From positions 1 through 64,000 of the forward strand of contig NIVC01002312.1 in assembly GCA_002269645.1 (NCBI GenBank): a DNA stretch of 64,000 bases, written 5' to 3'. Positions 1 to 13,583 of the stretch are shown piece after piece. The position numbers and the translations under genes are program-made. Source of the stretch: Macrostomum lignano. Its lineage: Eukaryota. Position 1 is the first letter of the stretch. The number at the start of each line of letters is the position of its first letter. The notes beneath the pieces are model-generated. The model searched no databases. It was not told where the DNA came from and saw nothing but the letters and a program-made list of their open reading frames with translations.

Positions 1-297
1 CAGCATCGCTCGAAGTACTTCCGAAAGACATTGGTGGAGCTGTCGAACTCTGGAAATGTTTTGTGGTAAATTTCTTTGAAAAATGGTTTTCTACTCTAAA
101 ACTTTATACTACGATTAAGATTCGAAAGTAACGGCCGCCCTGAAAATATTCATTGCAGGCTCCCAATTGTTAGAATGGCTGAGCAGTAAGGCGTTCATTT
201 CGATTTTTGCAATAGTATATATATTTTTAGTATATAGGATGTACATTTTAATATTAAAGCTATCCATAACTGAACACCAACCACCCTTCCATCTTAG

Positions 298-915
298 CCA
301 AAATTGCTTCAAATCTGCGAAATTGCCAGTTCTGGTGAATTTGAAAAGCTAGCCGAACTACTTTCCGAGGATGGAACCAGATGCTTTGTTAACGAGCATT
401 GCCTCGGCCTTCGAGACCGCACGCCTCTGCTGTGCGCGGCCGCCGCAGCTTCCAGCGACTACTACGGCTATGGAACTGACGACCACGTGAAGTGCGCGCG
501 GATCCTGCTGGACAACGGAGCAGATGTCAATCAGTTGGACGCTGATCGTAATTCAGCGCTTCATCTGGCTGTGAAATCCAACAACAGAAGCTTAATTTCG
601 ATACTTTTAGCAGTGGACGGAATTCTCAAGGAATGTAAAAATATTGACGGTCAGACACCCCTGGAATTGGAGACTCAGTTAAATGACAGCGACTGTAAAA
701 GCCTACCGCGGTCAGTGGATAATCCGGTGGCTCCAAAATGCGAATCAGAAACTATTTGTAGCTCAAGTTCTGCTACTGAGTTAGAGGAACAGCCTTGTTC
801 CAACGGCCGACTTTCTGAGTGTGAATCAGAAACTGTTTGTAGCTCAAGCTCTGATATTGAGTTAGGGCTGCAACAAAATCGTTCTAACGGAGGACTTTCT
901 CTAAGCCTAGCGTAA
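298..915 (+). CDS. Ankyrin-repeat protein, probable terminal exon (gene likely starts upstream of the window)
   Basis: ORF 304-915 has ankyrin motifs (RTPLLCAA; CARILLDNGADVNQLDADRNSALHLAVKSNN; GQTPL). A pyrimidine-rich acceptor cttccatcttag ends at 297, in frame. The C-terminus has an internal duplication (CESETICSSSS / CESETVCSSSS). Confidence 0.75.
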   Translation, partial: PKLLQICEIASSGEFEKLAELLSEDGTRCFVNEHCLGLRDRTPLLCAAAAASSDYYGYGTDDHVKCARILLDNGADVNQLDADRNSALHLAVKSNNRSLISILLAVDGILKECKNIDGQTPLELETQLNDSDCKSLPRSVDNPVAPKCESETICSSSSATELEEQPCSNGRLSECESETVCSSSSDIELGLQQNRSNGGLSLSLA

Positions 916-954
916 GTTAATTAATAAGTTACATGCCTACGTATCTGTCTTTCA

Positions 955-1530
<576 letters not shown>

Positions 1531-3676
1531 CTATGCATGTATGTATTTATTCATTCATTCTCGCTGTTTTTCAAGACCTTTAAGACTGCAACAGAAGCAC
1601 CCAGATGGCTTGGATGAACACTCAAGCAGCCCACAAGAGCCGAAAAAAACTGGGAAGAAGTGTAGCATCTTATAGTGGTGGCGTATATCGCACAATTTCT
1701 GTTTTGTTACGCTCGTAAAAGTTTACTTGACCATTGTGCTTTAATGGAAATTTTAACTTTGCCTCTTTACGCAGATGTATTTTTCTGCTTAACCGACTTT
1801 CGCGCTGGCTTTCGTCTAACATAACCAATCAGCTTATACGAGCGTATGTCATTTTATTTAAATCAGACTTTTATTTACTCAACATGGTCAAGATGTTTCC
1901 AGTTATAATTAGCTAAGCCCTGACTAACACTGCCATCTGAAAAGTAAATAGTGTTCCTAAGACTTTGCTAGCAGGTTAAAAGCTCGCGTAAAATAAATCA
2001 AGGCAATTAATGATGCTCTCTACCGATTTATGTAATAAGTAAGTAACTTAAACAGGATTATTGAGTGAAAGACAGGCTAGAATGACGACACCATGCTGGG
2101 TTTTTTGACATACGAGTAAATTATGCTTGTTGTACGGATTGCCGTTAGTTTCCAGTTGAATTCGTTTTACTAATTATAACCTGCTTTTCAGTAGTTTAAT
2201 AATGTGTAGTTTAACTATTTAACCCTCTCAGTTTATTGAATCTATGATTTTTAATTCATTAACAATCTTTAACGCTCGTAACTAACGATTTTTTTCAATT
2301 CATATTCGAGAGTTTTGCCTGCTATGAAAAATTCCATGAAATTTTTTTTTAATATTCTTATTTACCTCGTGTTTTTTTTCATTTTTTGCGAAAGACGGAA
2401 AAATAAAATTATGAGCTGAAGCTCATGACAATTCATACTATTGTGTGAAATGGAAACAGCTTCATGAGGGTCTGGTCTGCGTAATGGCTCGAAATTGTTT
2501 TTTATTTGCATATGATAAATGGCTGTCTGTCCAGAAGCTGGGGGCTTTGTCTACTCCTATCCCACGGTATTGCAAGAAGTTTTGAGAGGCTTTGAAGAAG
2601 GACCACTGCATGGTTGAAAGACGACCAAAAAACTTAAGATAAATATAGTTTGATTCGACGTCAGAGTGCGAACTTTCCTTTAAACTTAGCCTCCATTTGC
2701 ACCGAGCCTAATTTTAAAATGTCACTTATACTCAACCTGAACCCGAGCGGAGTTCTTCTCAACACAAGGAAATTTTAAAAAAGAAATGAGAAATCTTTCA
2801 TAGACCGCGGAGACACTGGCAGTAATATGAACCGCGTCTTCAACTCATATTAAGACGAATCGAATCAATAATTTTGAGCACAATATATTCGAGTTGAATG
2901 CCAAAAGACTTTTCACTATAGTTTTAAGTCAACAAGTCAAAAATAAAAGTCAAAAATAAATTTTCAAGCGCTGTTATGTCTTATGATTGAATGTTTTTAA
3001 AAAATATTTTAAATATGGCATTTTCAAGTAATTTAATTGTTCCTCGTAAGTTAGGTTGACTGTGCAGTGCATGTGTATCAAAGATGATAAAATAGATTCA
3101 TAAAGTCAATGAATCGAGCTGATTTTTAGGTACAGGACACTAGCAATCAGCATCCCCCGTTGGGGAGCTATAAATATGTTTCTGTTGGCATTTTTTTTAT
3201 TATCAGTAATTATTGCTAGATTTGCACAAGTTAATACTGACCTTGTTGTCTTCTTGTCTGCTAGGGTCCTCACCTCTCTATACCTCGAGTGTTCTCTGCA
3301 TAGGCAGACGCATCGTTTTGTTGAGCATAGGACTGGAGAATGCTAGAAATGCTCAGTGGCAGTGCAACTTTAGCTACTTATTATCATTTGTGTACAGCGC
3401 TTGGCCCAGCCAAACTTAATCTGTTGCCTATTACCAGTAATAATGAAAGTACGTAGACAGACCGGTGCAGGAAGCGTCCGTTAAGTTAGAGATGCCTTGA
3501 TGGTGTACAGTGCCAGACAAAAGAGAACTTCTGAAGAAGAAGAAGAATGCGTTTGTACCGACTACTTACTTGTAGAGATAGAGAGCACAGAGTGCAACCG
3601 AGCGAAGCAGTACTGCTCTTTACTCGTGTATATGCTCGTGTAGATTCGAAAAAGTTTTTATTGATTTTCGTTGGCC

Positions 3677-6600
3677 ATGGGTGCCGGACTTGCACGACTA
3701 GTAGCAAGCATACGCGTGCTGTTTCGGGACGATGGAAATGAAAATGCAGATGGAAATGTTGAGCGCGGGCCAGATCCCATTGAGCGTGTTCAACGGAGCG
3801 AGACGAAAACAACAACACAACAAAATACGCAGTTGGCGTCACAGGGTGCGTCTCAAGGCCAGGTTGTGAATGAACGCCACGCCACCCGCCGAATCCGGGG
3901 CGCCGGCGTCAGCCAGCAGGCAGTCGACGAAAACTCGACGAGAACACGCGAACGACGACAAAATAAACAGCAAGACCTGCAGAAGCAGCTGCAACTGAAC
4001 GCATTCTTATCCCTAGGTAATGGAGGCAATCACCAGCAGGTAGGTCAGACGCAGCTACAAAACTCATCAGGTCGCAGTAGCCAAACGAGCGCTGCTTGTT
4101 GCAATTCAGACAGTAAAGCTACCTGTTCGATCATATTTCGGCGTCAATCTGATGAGAGTTCTAGAGATTCTATGGTGTGGAAAGCTCCGCTGCATCCAAT
4201 CAATATTCAAATTAAAATCCAATCTGCCACAAAAACTGCCACACAGACTAAACAATTCATCGAGGAAATTCGAACGAGCATGAGAAACCATTGCAGACTG
4301 TTTACGGTTTTCCTACACGACTCATGCCAGCTGGCTACAAGGCTTTTTCGCAGCGGAAGGTGCAGTCAAATTAAGATTGATTGCGACGAAGAACTCATTA
4401 GAAATGTTTTCATTAGACTTGATCGAGACGTAGGAATTCGCTTCACGTGTTGGTTTCTGACTCTGTGCACGAAAAGTCTATTTAATATTGAAAGCGTCAA
4501 TCCTCCGATGAGTCCGATGTCGCTATTCGATGCTGAGTACAAAACGGTGTTTAGAAAAAATTTGTCCGAAAAGTGTCAATCCGATTTAGAAGCATCCGGG
4601 AAACCTGTTTGCATATTTTACAGCGATTCAGAAGCCTATATTCAGAGTATTTCGAGAAATAATTCAACTGCGAGCCCAGCATGGCCTGGAATTTGTCTGT
4701 CACCTGTCCTGTGCCGCTGGCCCGCTGATGAAATAAGCGAGCTCGTCGATCGACCATTGCCGGAGCTCGTACTAACACTGGAGCAGGAGCAGAAAGCGGA
4801 CAGAAAGCATGGCGGAATCGAAATTATGTTAATTCCTTGTGCTACATTTCTGGCGTTCCTCGACGAATTCAACGATGAGCAGTAAGCCAGCGTTTTCCGT
4901 ATTGTTTAAAACATGCATGAAAATATCCATGAAAAATTATTCTTTGTTCTGAGCTACATTTACAATTTGTTACGAAACTTCAGACCGGATGAGACCGTGG
5001 ATTTTATGACCATGGTAAGTATAGTTGGCCTCCTGTCGATTTTGGGTCTTATTCGTGCATGCCTCACACACATGCCACCCCTGTGCTTTGGGGATTGGCC
5101 TTCATGAGCAAGAATCGCATCAGCCCCAGGCAAATTTTTGTTCACGAAATCGAAACCAAGTACTCTTTCAATCAAGTTCGACCATGCATACACCACTGCT
5201 AGCTCCTAGTTTCAGAACAGTCTTATTACTCGTTTATGCACTTGGTCACGGGGTCTGTGCAATCTTAGTACATTTTTTCTACCGAATATTTTTATTTTTC
5301 TCATCATATAGCTACGATGGGCTGCTGCAAAAGTTTCCGGACTGTAGCTACTGTGAACGATAGGAATGTCCAAATGAGCTTAGCCGAAACTCCATGCACA
5401 GCTGCTCTGTCAAATGGTAAAACTGCAAAACGATTTGATATGCTCAGCAAAAGCTGCAAAACTTATAACAGTTTTACGCAGGGGTTTTATAAAACGACTT
5501 AGAAGCAATCGCCATGGACAACTTGCTTGTTGAATATCACAGGGAAAATGACGAGAATTCGAGCGAATTCAGTGCACTCGTAGGCAAGGCACAGACCAGC
5601 TTGCACTTTTAAGCTAGGCATTGGCGGGATCAAAGGAGAGCCAACGGCTCTTCATTCTGGCATGTCAACGGCAGGGAAAACGGCTAAAAGTGGGAGTGAT
5701 AGCGGAGTTATCGTTTTTCAGTTTTACCATTTCCAGTGACCTTGCAATATCCCTCGTACCACAGATTCCAAAAACACTTATTAGATGTACTCGTATCAAC
5801 TCAATGTAAAAATGACATATGACGTAGATAGATAGTCAGTATCTAAATTTAGCGCATTAAATTTAGTTTAGAAGCTTTAGAAATCGGCAGCAATACAATT
5901 AAATAGGTGTTATCTGGGGGTTGAAACTGCGTCAAACTCGGGTGCATTCAGGTGCAGCCGAATCATGTGACAGTGGTGAAGAGCTAAAATAGTTACATAG
6001 TTAAGCGTCGCCTTTAAGAAAGCAAGCAGTGTCACCAACAATATTTGCTACTGCCTACTCTCTAGCAATGAAACTCAGTAGCAACCAGCGTATATATTCA
6101 ACAAGAAGCTGCTGGTCGACACAGTAAGGTCTGTGCTTCCGGTTCTAGGTTTGCCTGCAGGCTGTTTTGATGACGCTCTGTTGATGGTCAAAATGGTTCA
6201 GCCCACCCAGATGTAGCAATACCTACCAGGTCCAGTGGCTTTGTCCAATAAGGTCCTATGTAACTAAAAGGCTGCTGTTATTAAAAGAAATAGGCTTTAA
6301 AATACAGTATTTAACACTGCATTTCGCTCTGCAGGGTTAGGGTAAGGCGTATGGTTCAGCCATACGATACTTGGGGAACTGCTGAGTTGCCAAAAATAAT
6401 GGGGGTCGCTGAGATGCCAAGGGTCAATTGGGAGTTGTTAGTAGGCCAAGCATCAAAGGAATAGTAAGCGTTGGGGTTAAGCCACAGCTTAAAGCAGGCT
6501 TTAATGCCAATTGGTTCAAAGGGGATGCTGATAACATAGGCTAGACAGCTGGCTTTCAAGGCCGATGATTTATATTTTAAGCATCATTTTCCTTAATAAA

Positions 6601-7934
6601 CTACCAATAGTGACCGTAATACAAGGTCAAAAGTTAAATGTCTTGCCTACCCAACGGGGGGCGAAGATTGCTAGTCTACATACTAAGTTCATGTAAATTT
6701 GAAATACATTCATAGATAATTCAAACGCTATGCATTTCAGATGAACCGGCGCATAGGTGATGCAATTGTCGAATGGGCCTTCAGCAACATTAGCAGAGAA
6801 ATTATCCGTCGGGACGATTTAACACCAGCTGAGCTTCATAAGTTGAGAATGCGACTGGCACTTCTAGCCGTTTTGTGCTACAATTTTTGCGATACTGAAA
6901 ATCCAACAGAATCAGCCGACTCGGGTGCATACTTTAGGAAACTGTTCGAGCTGCTAAATCGAATTTGTTGTCCAACGGAGCCTCTGAAGGTAAATTTAAA
7001 CAGCGACATTCAACGCCCGAGAGTTCTGAGCTGGTCAGTTAGGGCAAACAAAAGATCGGCCGCAAGATCGGCCGCGAGAACGTCTTCTGGAAGCTACGTT
7101 TGGGAGCTAATTTTAGAGGGTACGGAAAACAAGATTCTGCTTCAATTCCCGGAAGATTATATTAAAAAAAGAGTTGTGATTGCCATACAATACTTGGCAA
7201 TGTGCGACTGCTCGGGTTTATTCAAAAAGCTTGCGGACAGATGGGATTACTTTGAGTATCCCTGTATCATCGAATTTATGAGGCTAAAAAAGAATGTAGG
7301 CGAAGAAGTGAAGCCGCCAACGCATTTTAGTGAATATATCTGCCTTATTAAGATGAGCTGCATGAACAGTAATTATGAATTCTATGAAGCATCTCGTGAG
7401 TCGATTGACTTCTCACTAGTTGGCCAAACCGAAAACAGGCAGGTGTCAGTGAAGTCCTATCACAACAGGGACGCCGATCTTCTGCGCATCTCCAGGATCG
7501 ACGAAGCCCGTTGTAACCCAGAGAGACTGTACGAGATGGCCAAGAAACATTTAGCAGAAGGAAATGGTCACATTTTGGCTGTGCTATACAACTGCGAAGG
7601 AGACTTCTGCCGGCAGTCAGACGGACAACTTTGGAAGAGAAGTGACTTAAAGTATCTGACTTGCGGCTGCAGAGAAGACAAGATGCGCTTTCTGATGAAA
7701 TTGGAAGAAGAACTTGCTTTCGAATCATCCGAGGACTGTTTCATTCCTGGGCACATTTACTTTGATCTCCAATTTGGCATGTACAGCTTTCAGCAGCCTC
7801 AGGAACAGAGGACCGGTCGTTTCCATTTGCGTGAGCTGCTGGCGCAGTGCTTCAAAGACTTGGTGAATTTGAAACAACCCGATGGAACGAATGCAGAGAC
7901 TGTTAGAAAAATCGATCTCAATCCAGCCAATTAA
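3677..7934 (+). CDS. Predicted 3-exon gene for an uncharacterised ~809-aa protein (exons 3677-4881, 4984-5014, 6741-7934)
   Basis: Long ORF 3671-4885 ends at a donor CA|GTAAGC (4882). A 31-nt exon is bounded by aacttcag| and |GTAAGT. ORF 6741-7934 starts immediately after tgcatttcag|. Phases 2 and 0 are compatible. No recognisable domain; extra exons between 5015 and 6740 cannot be excluded. Confidence 0.6.
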
Positions 7935-8087
7935 AATCACTCAGCAAAACTGCATGAATTACTTCAAGTTAAACGGCAACCTACCTTACTCCGTAATTTC
8001 GAAGTATCCGTTGAATTACTAAGCCATCGTCCGGCTTTTTTATGACAAAGGCCCCTGAACTTTTTTGTTCTCCCTTTCAAGCAAGGT

Positions 8088-8440
8088 GGCCGTAGCCCAA
8101 TGCTCTAGCGCGGCGCTCTGATGTGCCAGCGGCCCAGGCTCGATTCCAAGTGCAGTCACATTAATTTGGGGCTGAATTGGAATCTCGGCTTGGCTCTGCT
8201 CGTGCAATTAACGCCCATTGATGGCCAACCCCCAAGGCAAAGTGATGTGTACATGCATATCGATAAATAAAGTTAGGGCCGCTGTACACTCGTGTGAATG
8301 TGTGCCTGTGCGTATGACTGCGTACGTATCCGCGCGCTTGTGTGCCTGCTCAGGCGAGTCGGCGGAATGGACAGCAATGCCTCTCGCCGGTTGTGTAACA
8401 ATGTCGCCTAAAGTGCGCCAGGGTGCACACATCCTAATAA
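8088..8440 (+). mobile_element. tRNA-derived SINE-like element (tRNA-like head ~8088-8160)
   Basis: GGCCGTAGCCCAATGCTCTAGCGCGGCG...GGCTCGATTCC carries A-box-like (TAGCCCAATG) and B-box-like (GGCTCGATTCC) motifs with tRNA spacing. There is no clean acceptor stem; a TG-rich body follows. The 3' end is uncertain. Confidence 0.45.
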
Positions 8441-9107
8441 TTCTTTGGGTGCAGCCCTGCGTTTGCAGCTATTTGTTCTGGAATTCTTCTGTTTATACTT
8501 GTCATAAATCTTTGAGTCAGATGCAGTTGGTAGCTACACTATTAGCAACCACTTGCTAAGTTGAAAACTAGGCTATGATTTTGTTACTTGCTTATTGTTG
8601 TTTTTTAGAACGTTTTTTTATCTATACCAGTCAAATATTTTTCACTTCAGTCCTTAAATGAAGCCCCGCAGTTGGTCATCACTGTGTTGAAATTATTGAC
8701 AACCGTTTATTCGTCTAATATTTGAACTGCACTGTACGCGTGAAAATGTCTAGAGTTTGCCGAATATTCCATCATTTCTGTACTGTTTTACTTCTCAACT
8801 AAAGCATTAATAGGTTTAGTTATTTATCAATTAATTCACTTGCTTCAACTTCGCAACAGATTTATCCAAAAGTTCATAATTAAATGCAAGCAAATATATA
8901 CTTTCTATACTACTGCCGTAGCTTCTGTATTTAAAATATAATTTTGCCTCTTTCACTTATAAAATTGTTCTAATTTCTGGCTGGCCCAGATTCGTGCAGC
9001 AAGATTTTTTTCAACATTCAACCAGAAGCTCAAAAATCGATTTTATATTTCGAGAGCTCTCATTTTTCATCCTTTACGCTCGTATCTTAAATTTACAGAG
9101 GGTAATC

Positions 9108-9586
9108 TCAAAGGCGATTTTTAAGGATAGAGCCGATTTCAAAGGCGATTTTTAAGGATAGGGCCGATGTCAAAGGCGATTTTTAAGGATAGGGCCTATC
9201 TCAAAGGCGATTTTTAAGGATAGGGCCGATGTCAAAGGCGATTTTTAAGGATAGGGCCTATCTCAAAGGCGATTTTTAAGGATAGGGCCGATGTCAAAGG
9301 CGATTTTTAAGGATAGGGCCTATCTCAAAGGCGATTTTTAAGGATAGGGCCGATGTCAAAGGCGATTTTTAAGGATAGGGCCTATCTCAAAGGCGATTTT
9401 TAAGGATAGGGCCGATGTCAAAGGCGATTTTTAAGGATAGGGCCTATCTCAAAGGCGATTTTTAAGGATAGGGCCGATGTCAAAGGCGATTTTTAAGGAT
9501 AGGGCCGATGTCAAAGGTGATTTTTAAGGATAGGGCCGATGTCAAAGGCGATTTTTAAGGATAGGGCCGATGTCAAAGGCGATTTT
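9108..9586. repeat. 31-bp minisatellite (~15 copies) with an alternating 62-bp higher-order unit
   Basis: Unit TCAAAGGCGATTTTTAAGGATAGGGCC(GATG/TATC); the variants alternate through the central part. Confidence 0.95.
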
Positions 9587-9944
9587 GGGGAGGTTGATCT
9601 TGGATTTACTTTAAATAAAGGGACGTCTTGAACTTCACCTAAGCCTTTAGTCAATACCCTAGAAATGTAATGACAAAATAAAAGCAGAGCTAGCGACAAG
9701 AAGATAACATTTTTCATTACTCAGCAATGCATGGCATCAGAGTAGACTGTCAGCAACACAGGTGGGCAAAGCGAGCCAAATTCAAATTTATTTGTTTGTC
9801 TTCATAACAGTTGCGCAACTTTTCAAACCGATTAGAATAAATCGGCAATAGTAATAAATACAGCTCAAGGTTCGAGTGCCAGGGCCTTCGCTAGTTCTGA
9901 TTCTCAATGCGCCCGAATTGGGAAAAATCAGTCAAGGTAATTCA

Positions 9945-10140
9945 AACCCGGGATCAAGGTGGTTTAAGGCTTGGGTCAAAAAAGTCAAGTTTGAGTCAAA
10001 GAGGATTAAAGCTTAGTTCAATAGGGGGTTTAAGCTTGGGTCAAAAGGGGATTTCAGCTTGGGTCAAAAGGGGATTTCAGCTTGGGTAAAAAGGGGATTT
10101 CAGCTTGGGTGAAAGAGGAGTTTAAGCTTGAGCCAAAGAA
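9945..10140. repeat. Degenerate ~21-bp repeat (GGGGATTTCAGCTTGGGTCAAAA)
   Basis: Visible repeat; resembles the 10913-12240 unit. Confidence 0.75.
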
Positions 10141-10201
10141 GATAAGGACATGAGACAGCGCAGGGAGCAGGGAGGATCAGGGATCAACCTGGCCCAGTCA
10201 G

Positions 10202-10822
10202 TCAAGCGTCCTCGGTTTCCATCGCCTCGGCATCCAGCGTCAGAGCCGCGCCGGCCTTGGCCCGCAGTTTGGCTCGCTTGGCCCTGGCCTCGGCGGCAGC
10301 CTTAGCAGTTGCCCGCTTGTCCAGCCGTTGCTGTTTAGCCGCGGCGGCGGCGGCGTCGGCTCCGGCCACCAGCCGCTTGGTGTCGGGATCGTAGATCTTC
10401 CTGGTGGCGTGCGGAGCCTGGACAAGATGCAGCTCCTGCTCCACCGACCGTACGTCGGCCAGTCGGCGCATCTCGGTGCCCTTGGCCAGGCGCTTGAGAA
10501 TATGAGACGCCTGTCGCTTCTGGCGCACTTGCACAATTTTGCGCATCGCTTCGACTGTCTGGGTCAGCGCCTCGCGGTTGTACTTTGGCAGAGTTGATCG
10601 GCGAGCCTCAAATGTCAAGCTGAGATCCTGGCTGAGGTCTTTGTTCCTAGCCATTCTGTACGCTTTAGTCCAGCGAGTCTTCCTGGGATTTCGCTTCTTT
10701 TTAAACGCTTTGTGACATTTGGAGCGGCAGAAGCGGAACTCGGTGGAGTCGTTGCGGACAAAACAGATGCCGTGGCCCGGGTAGATGTTGCTGGAGCAGA
10801 ACCAGCACTTTTGCAGGCGCAT
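10202..10822 (-). CDS. RSL24D1: Ribosome biogenesis protein RLP24 / RSL24D1 (L24e family), intronless CDS
   Basis: MRLQKCWFCSSNIYPGHGICFVRNDSTEFRFCRSKCHKAFKKKRNPRKTRWTKAYR is the RLP24 N-terminus with the TRASH zinc motif. It is a 206-aa ORF with an Ala/Lys-rich tail. Confidence 0.95.
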   Translation of the reverse strand: MRLQKCWFCSSNIYPGHGICFVRNDSTEFRFCRSKCHKAFKKKRNPRKTRWTKAYRMARNKDLSQDLSLTFEARRSTLPKYNREALTQTVEAMRKIVQVRQKRQASHILKRLAKGTEMRRLADVRSVEQELHLVQAPHATRKIYDPDTKRLVAGADAAAAAAKQQRLDKRATAKAAAEARAKRAKLRAKAGAALTLDAEAMETEDA

Positions 10823-10912
10823 TGCTAGCCGAGCTGTTGGAGATTAGGCTCTTGATTTATTGATTGCGGTCTGAACTGTTGCTATGTTTCTCAAATCTGC
10901 TCTGATTTCTGC

Positions 10913-12240
10913 ATGGGTCAATGGGATTTGAGCATGGGTCAAATGGATTCGAGCATGGGTCAAGAGGATTATCATGGGTCAATGGGATTTGAGCATGGGT
11001 CAAATGGATTCGAGCATGGGTCAAAGGGTATTCGAGTATGGGTCAAGGAGGATTCGAGCATGGGTCAATGGGATTCGAGCATGGGTCAAGAGGATTATCA
11101 TGGGTCAATGGGATTTGAGCATGGGTCAAATGGATTCGAGCATGGGTCAAGGGGGATTCGAGTATGGGTCAAGGAGGATTCGAGCATGGGTCAAAGGGGA
11201 TTCGAGTATGGTTCATGGGGGATTCGAGTAAGGGTCAAGGGGGATTCGAGCATGGTTCAAGGGGAATTGAGTATGGGTCAAGGGGGATTGAGAATGGCTC
11301 AAGGGGAATTGAGTATGGGTCAAGGGGGATTTGAGAATGGCACAAGGGGAATTGAGTATGGGTCAAGGGGGATTTGAGTATGGCTCAAGGGGAATTGAGT
11401 ATGGGTTAAGGGGGATTTGAGTATGGGTCAAGGGGGATTTGAGCATGGCTCAAGGGGATTTGAGTATGGGTCAAGGGGGATTTGAGCATGGGTCAAGGGG
11501 GATTTGAGTATGGCTCAAGGGGAATTGAGTATGGGTCAAGGGGGATTTGAGCATGGGTCAAGGGGGATTTGAGCATGGGTCAAGGGGATTTGAGTATGGC
11601 TCAAGGGGAATTGAGTATGGGTCAAGGGGGATTTGAGCATGGGTCAAGGGGGATTTGAGCATGGGTCAAGGGGGATTTGAGTATGGCTCAAGGGGAATTG
11701 AGTATGGGTCAAGGGGGATTTGAGCATGGGTCAAGGGGGATTTGAGCATGGGTCAAGGGGGATTTGAGTATGGCTCAAGGGGAATTGAGTATGGGTCAAG
11801 GGGGATTTGAGCATGGGTCAAGGGGGATTTGAGTATGGCTCAAGGGGAATTGAGTATGGGTCAAGGGGGATTTGAGCATGGGTCAAGGGGGATTTGAGCA
11901 TGGGTCAAGGGGATTTGAGCATGGCTCAAGGGGATTTGAGTATGGGTCAAGGGGGATTTGAGCATGGGTCAAGGGGGATTTGAGCATGGCTCAAGGGGAT
12001 TTGAGTATGGGTCAAGGGGGATTTGAGCATGGGTCAAGGGGGATTTGAGCATGGGTCAAGGGGGATTTGAGTATGGCTCAAGGGGAATTGAGTATGGGTT
12101 AAGGGGGATTTGAGTATGGCTCAAGGGGAATTGAGTATGGGTTAAGGGGGATTAGACTATGGGTCAAGGGGGATTTGAGTAAGGCTCAAGGGGAATTGAG
12201 TATGGGTTAAGGGGGATTAGAGTATGGGTCAAGATGATTC
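10913..12240. repeat. 21-22-bp minisatellite (GGGGGATTTGAGCATGGGTCAA)n
   Basis: Directly visible ~1.3 kb array; overlapping ORFs are artefacts. Confidence 0.97.
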
Positions 12241-13583
12241 TAGCGTAGGTCAAGAGGATTTCAAGCTCAAGCTCAAGTAGTAGAGTTAAAATATTCAACC
12301 TGAAAGGTATATGTTCTTAAATTGTACACTTATGAGATCTACCAATACTATGCAATGCAATAAATCTAGGCACTAAAACAATCCCTACTGTTAAACTATA
12401 AAATGGAAAAAAAGTTAAAACGCGACACCATAGATAAGAGCCAGACCCAATAATAGAATTGATATAATTTTTGCAATCTTAATAACAATAACATTTGAAG
12501 GACAATAAAGTTAAAACACAAAGAACGCATGCAAGCCAAAACGATCCGACATTTTGATGCCGTGTCGTGCGGATAGACAAGAAAAAGTAATTTTTTTCTT
12601 CACATTGAATGTAATTCTGCTATTAATTTATCAATAACAGTATTAACAGTAGTATATGCAATCTTTATTAAGCTACGGATCACAGACCAACATTGCAATT
12701 CAAATCAGGAGGAAACACAATGGGTTGGGGAGGGCGGGCGCGCCAGCCACGTAACCATGGCGACGCAGTTAACGATTGGGAATAAATAAATAAAATATAT
12801 GTGGAATTTATTGCCAAATCATCGAGTTTTAAGAGTATTATTTGCCAATGCAGTTCAATCAAAATGAGACAGAATAACCAAATGTACACTAATAAATCTA
12901 ACAATAGAGAGAGGTCGCAGGACTTGACAGCAAAGCAAGGTTGGCAATTTTTGGATAAAAAATATTTTTTTTTGTTAGACACCAATGATTGCGTCACTAC
13001 TCGCTATTCGCTACTACTTAACTGAAGTAGTGCCTGCCTGACATTAATGTCTTGAGATAAGCACTAAAATTAGTGGCATTAATTATAAGGAAGACTCTGT
13101 TACACTACTAGAAATAGTAATGATGGCAAACACAGAATGTTACAGACGAGTATTGTTAACTACATATCGGTGTACTATACCATAGAATGGCGAAAAACTG
13201 TAATTTATTAAAATGAAAAGATCTTGAAATTAGAATTGAAGTCTAATCATTTCTTGTAGGTCTAATCAAATCTACTAGATCTAATCTCATTCAGATCTAA
13301 TCTTCTCTACTACATCTAATCTAATCTAGTAGATAAAATCTATTCTACTAGATGTAATCATATATAGATCTAGTCGTCTCCTTTACTAGATCTAATCATA
13401 TCTAGCGAGTAAATCTAATCACATCTACACCGGATAGCAGATCCAGTTTGGTGAATTGATCTAATTTAGTAATTAATAAATAAAAACCCAATCGCACGCA
13501 CCAAACATGTACAGTGGATGAAAGCATTCAAATACAAGATACACGTACTGTACCAACATACAAAAAAAAACAAGATATGATTT

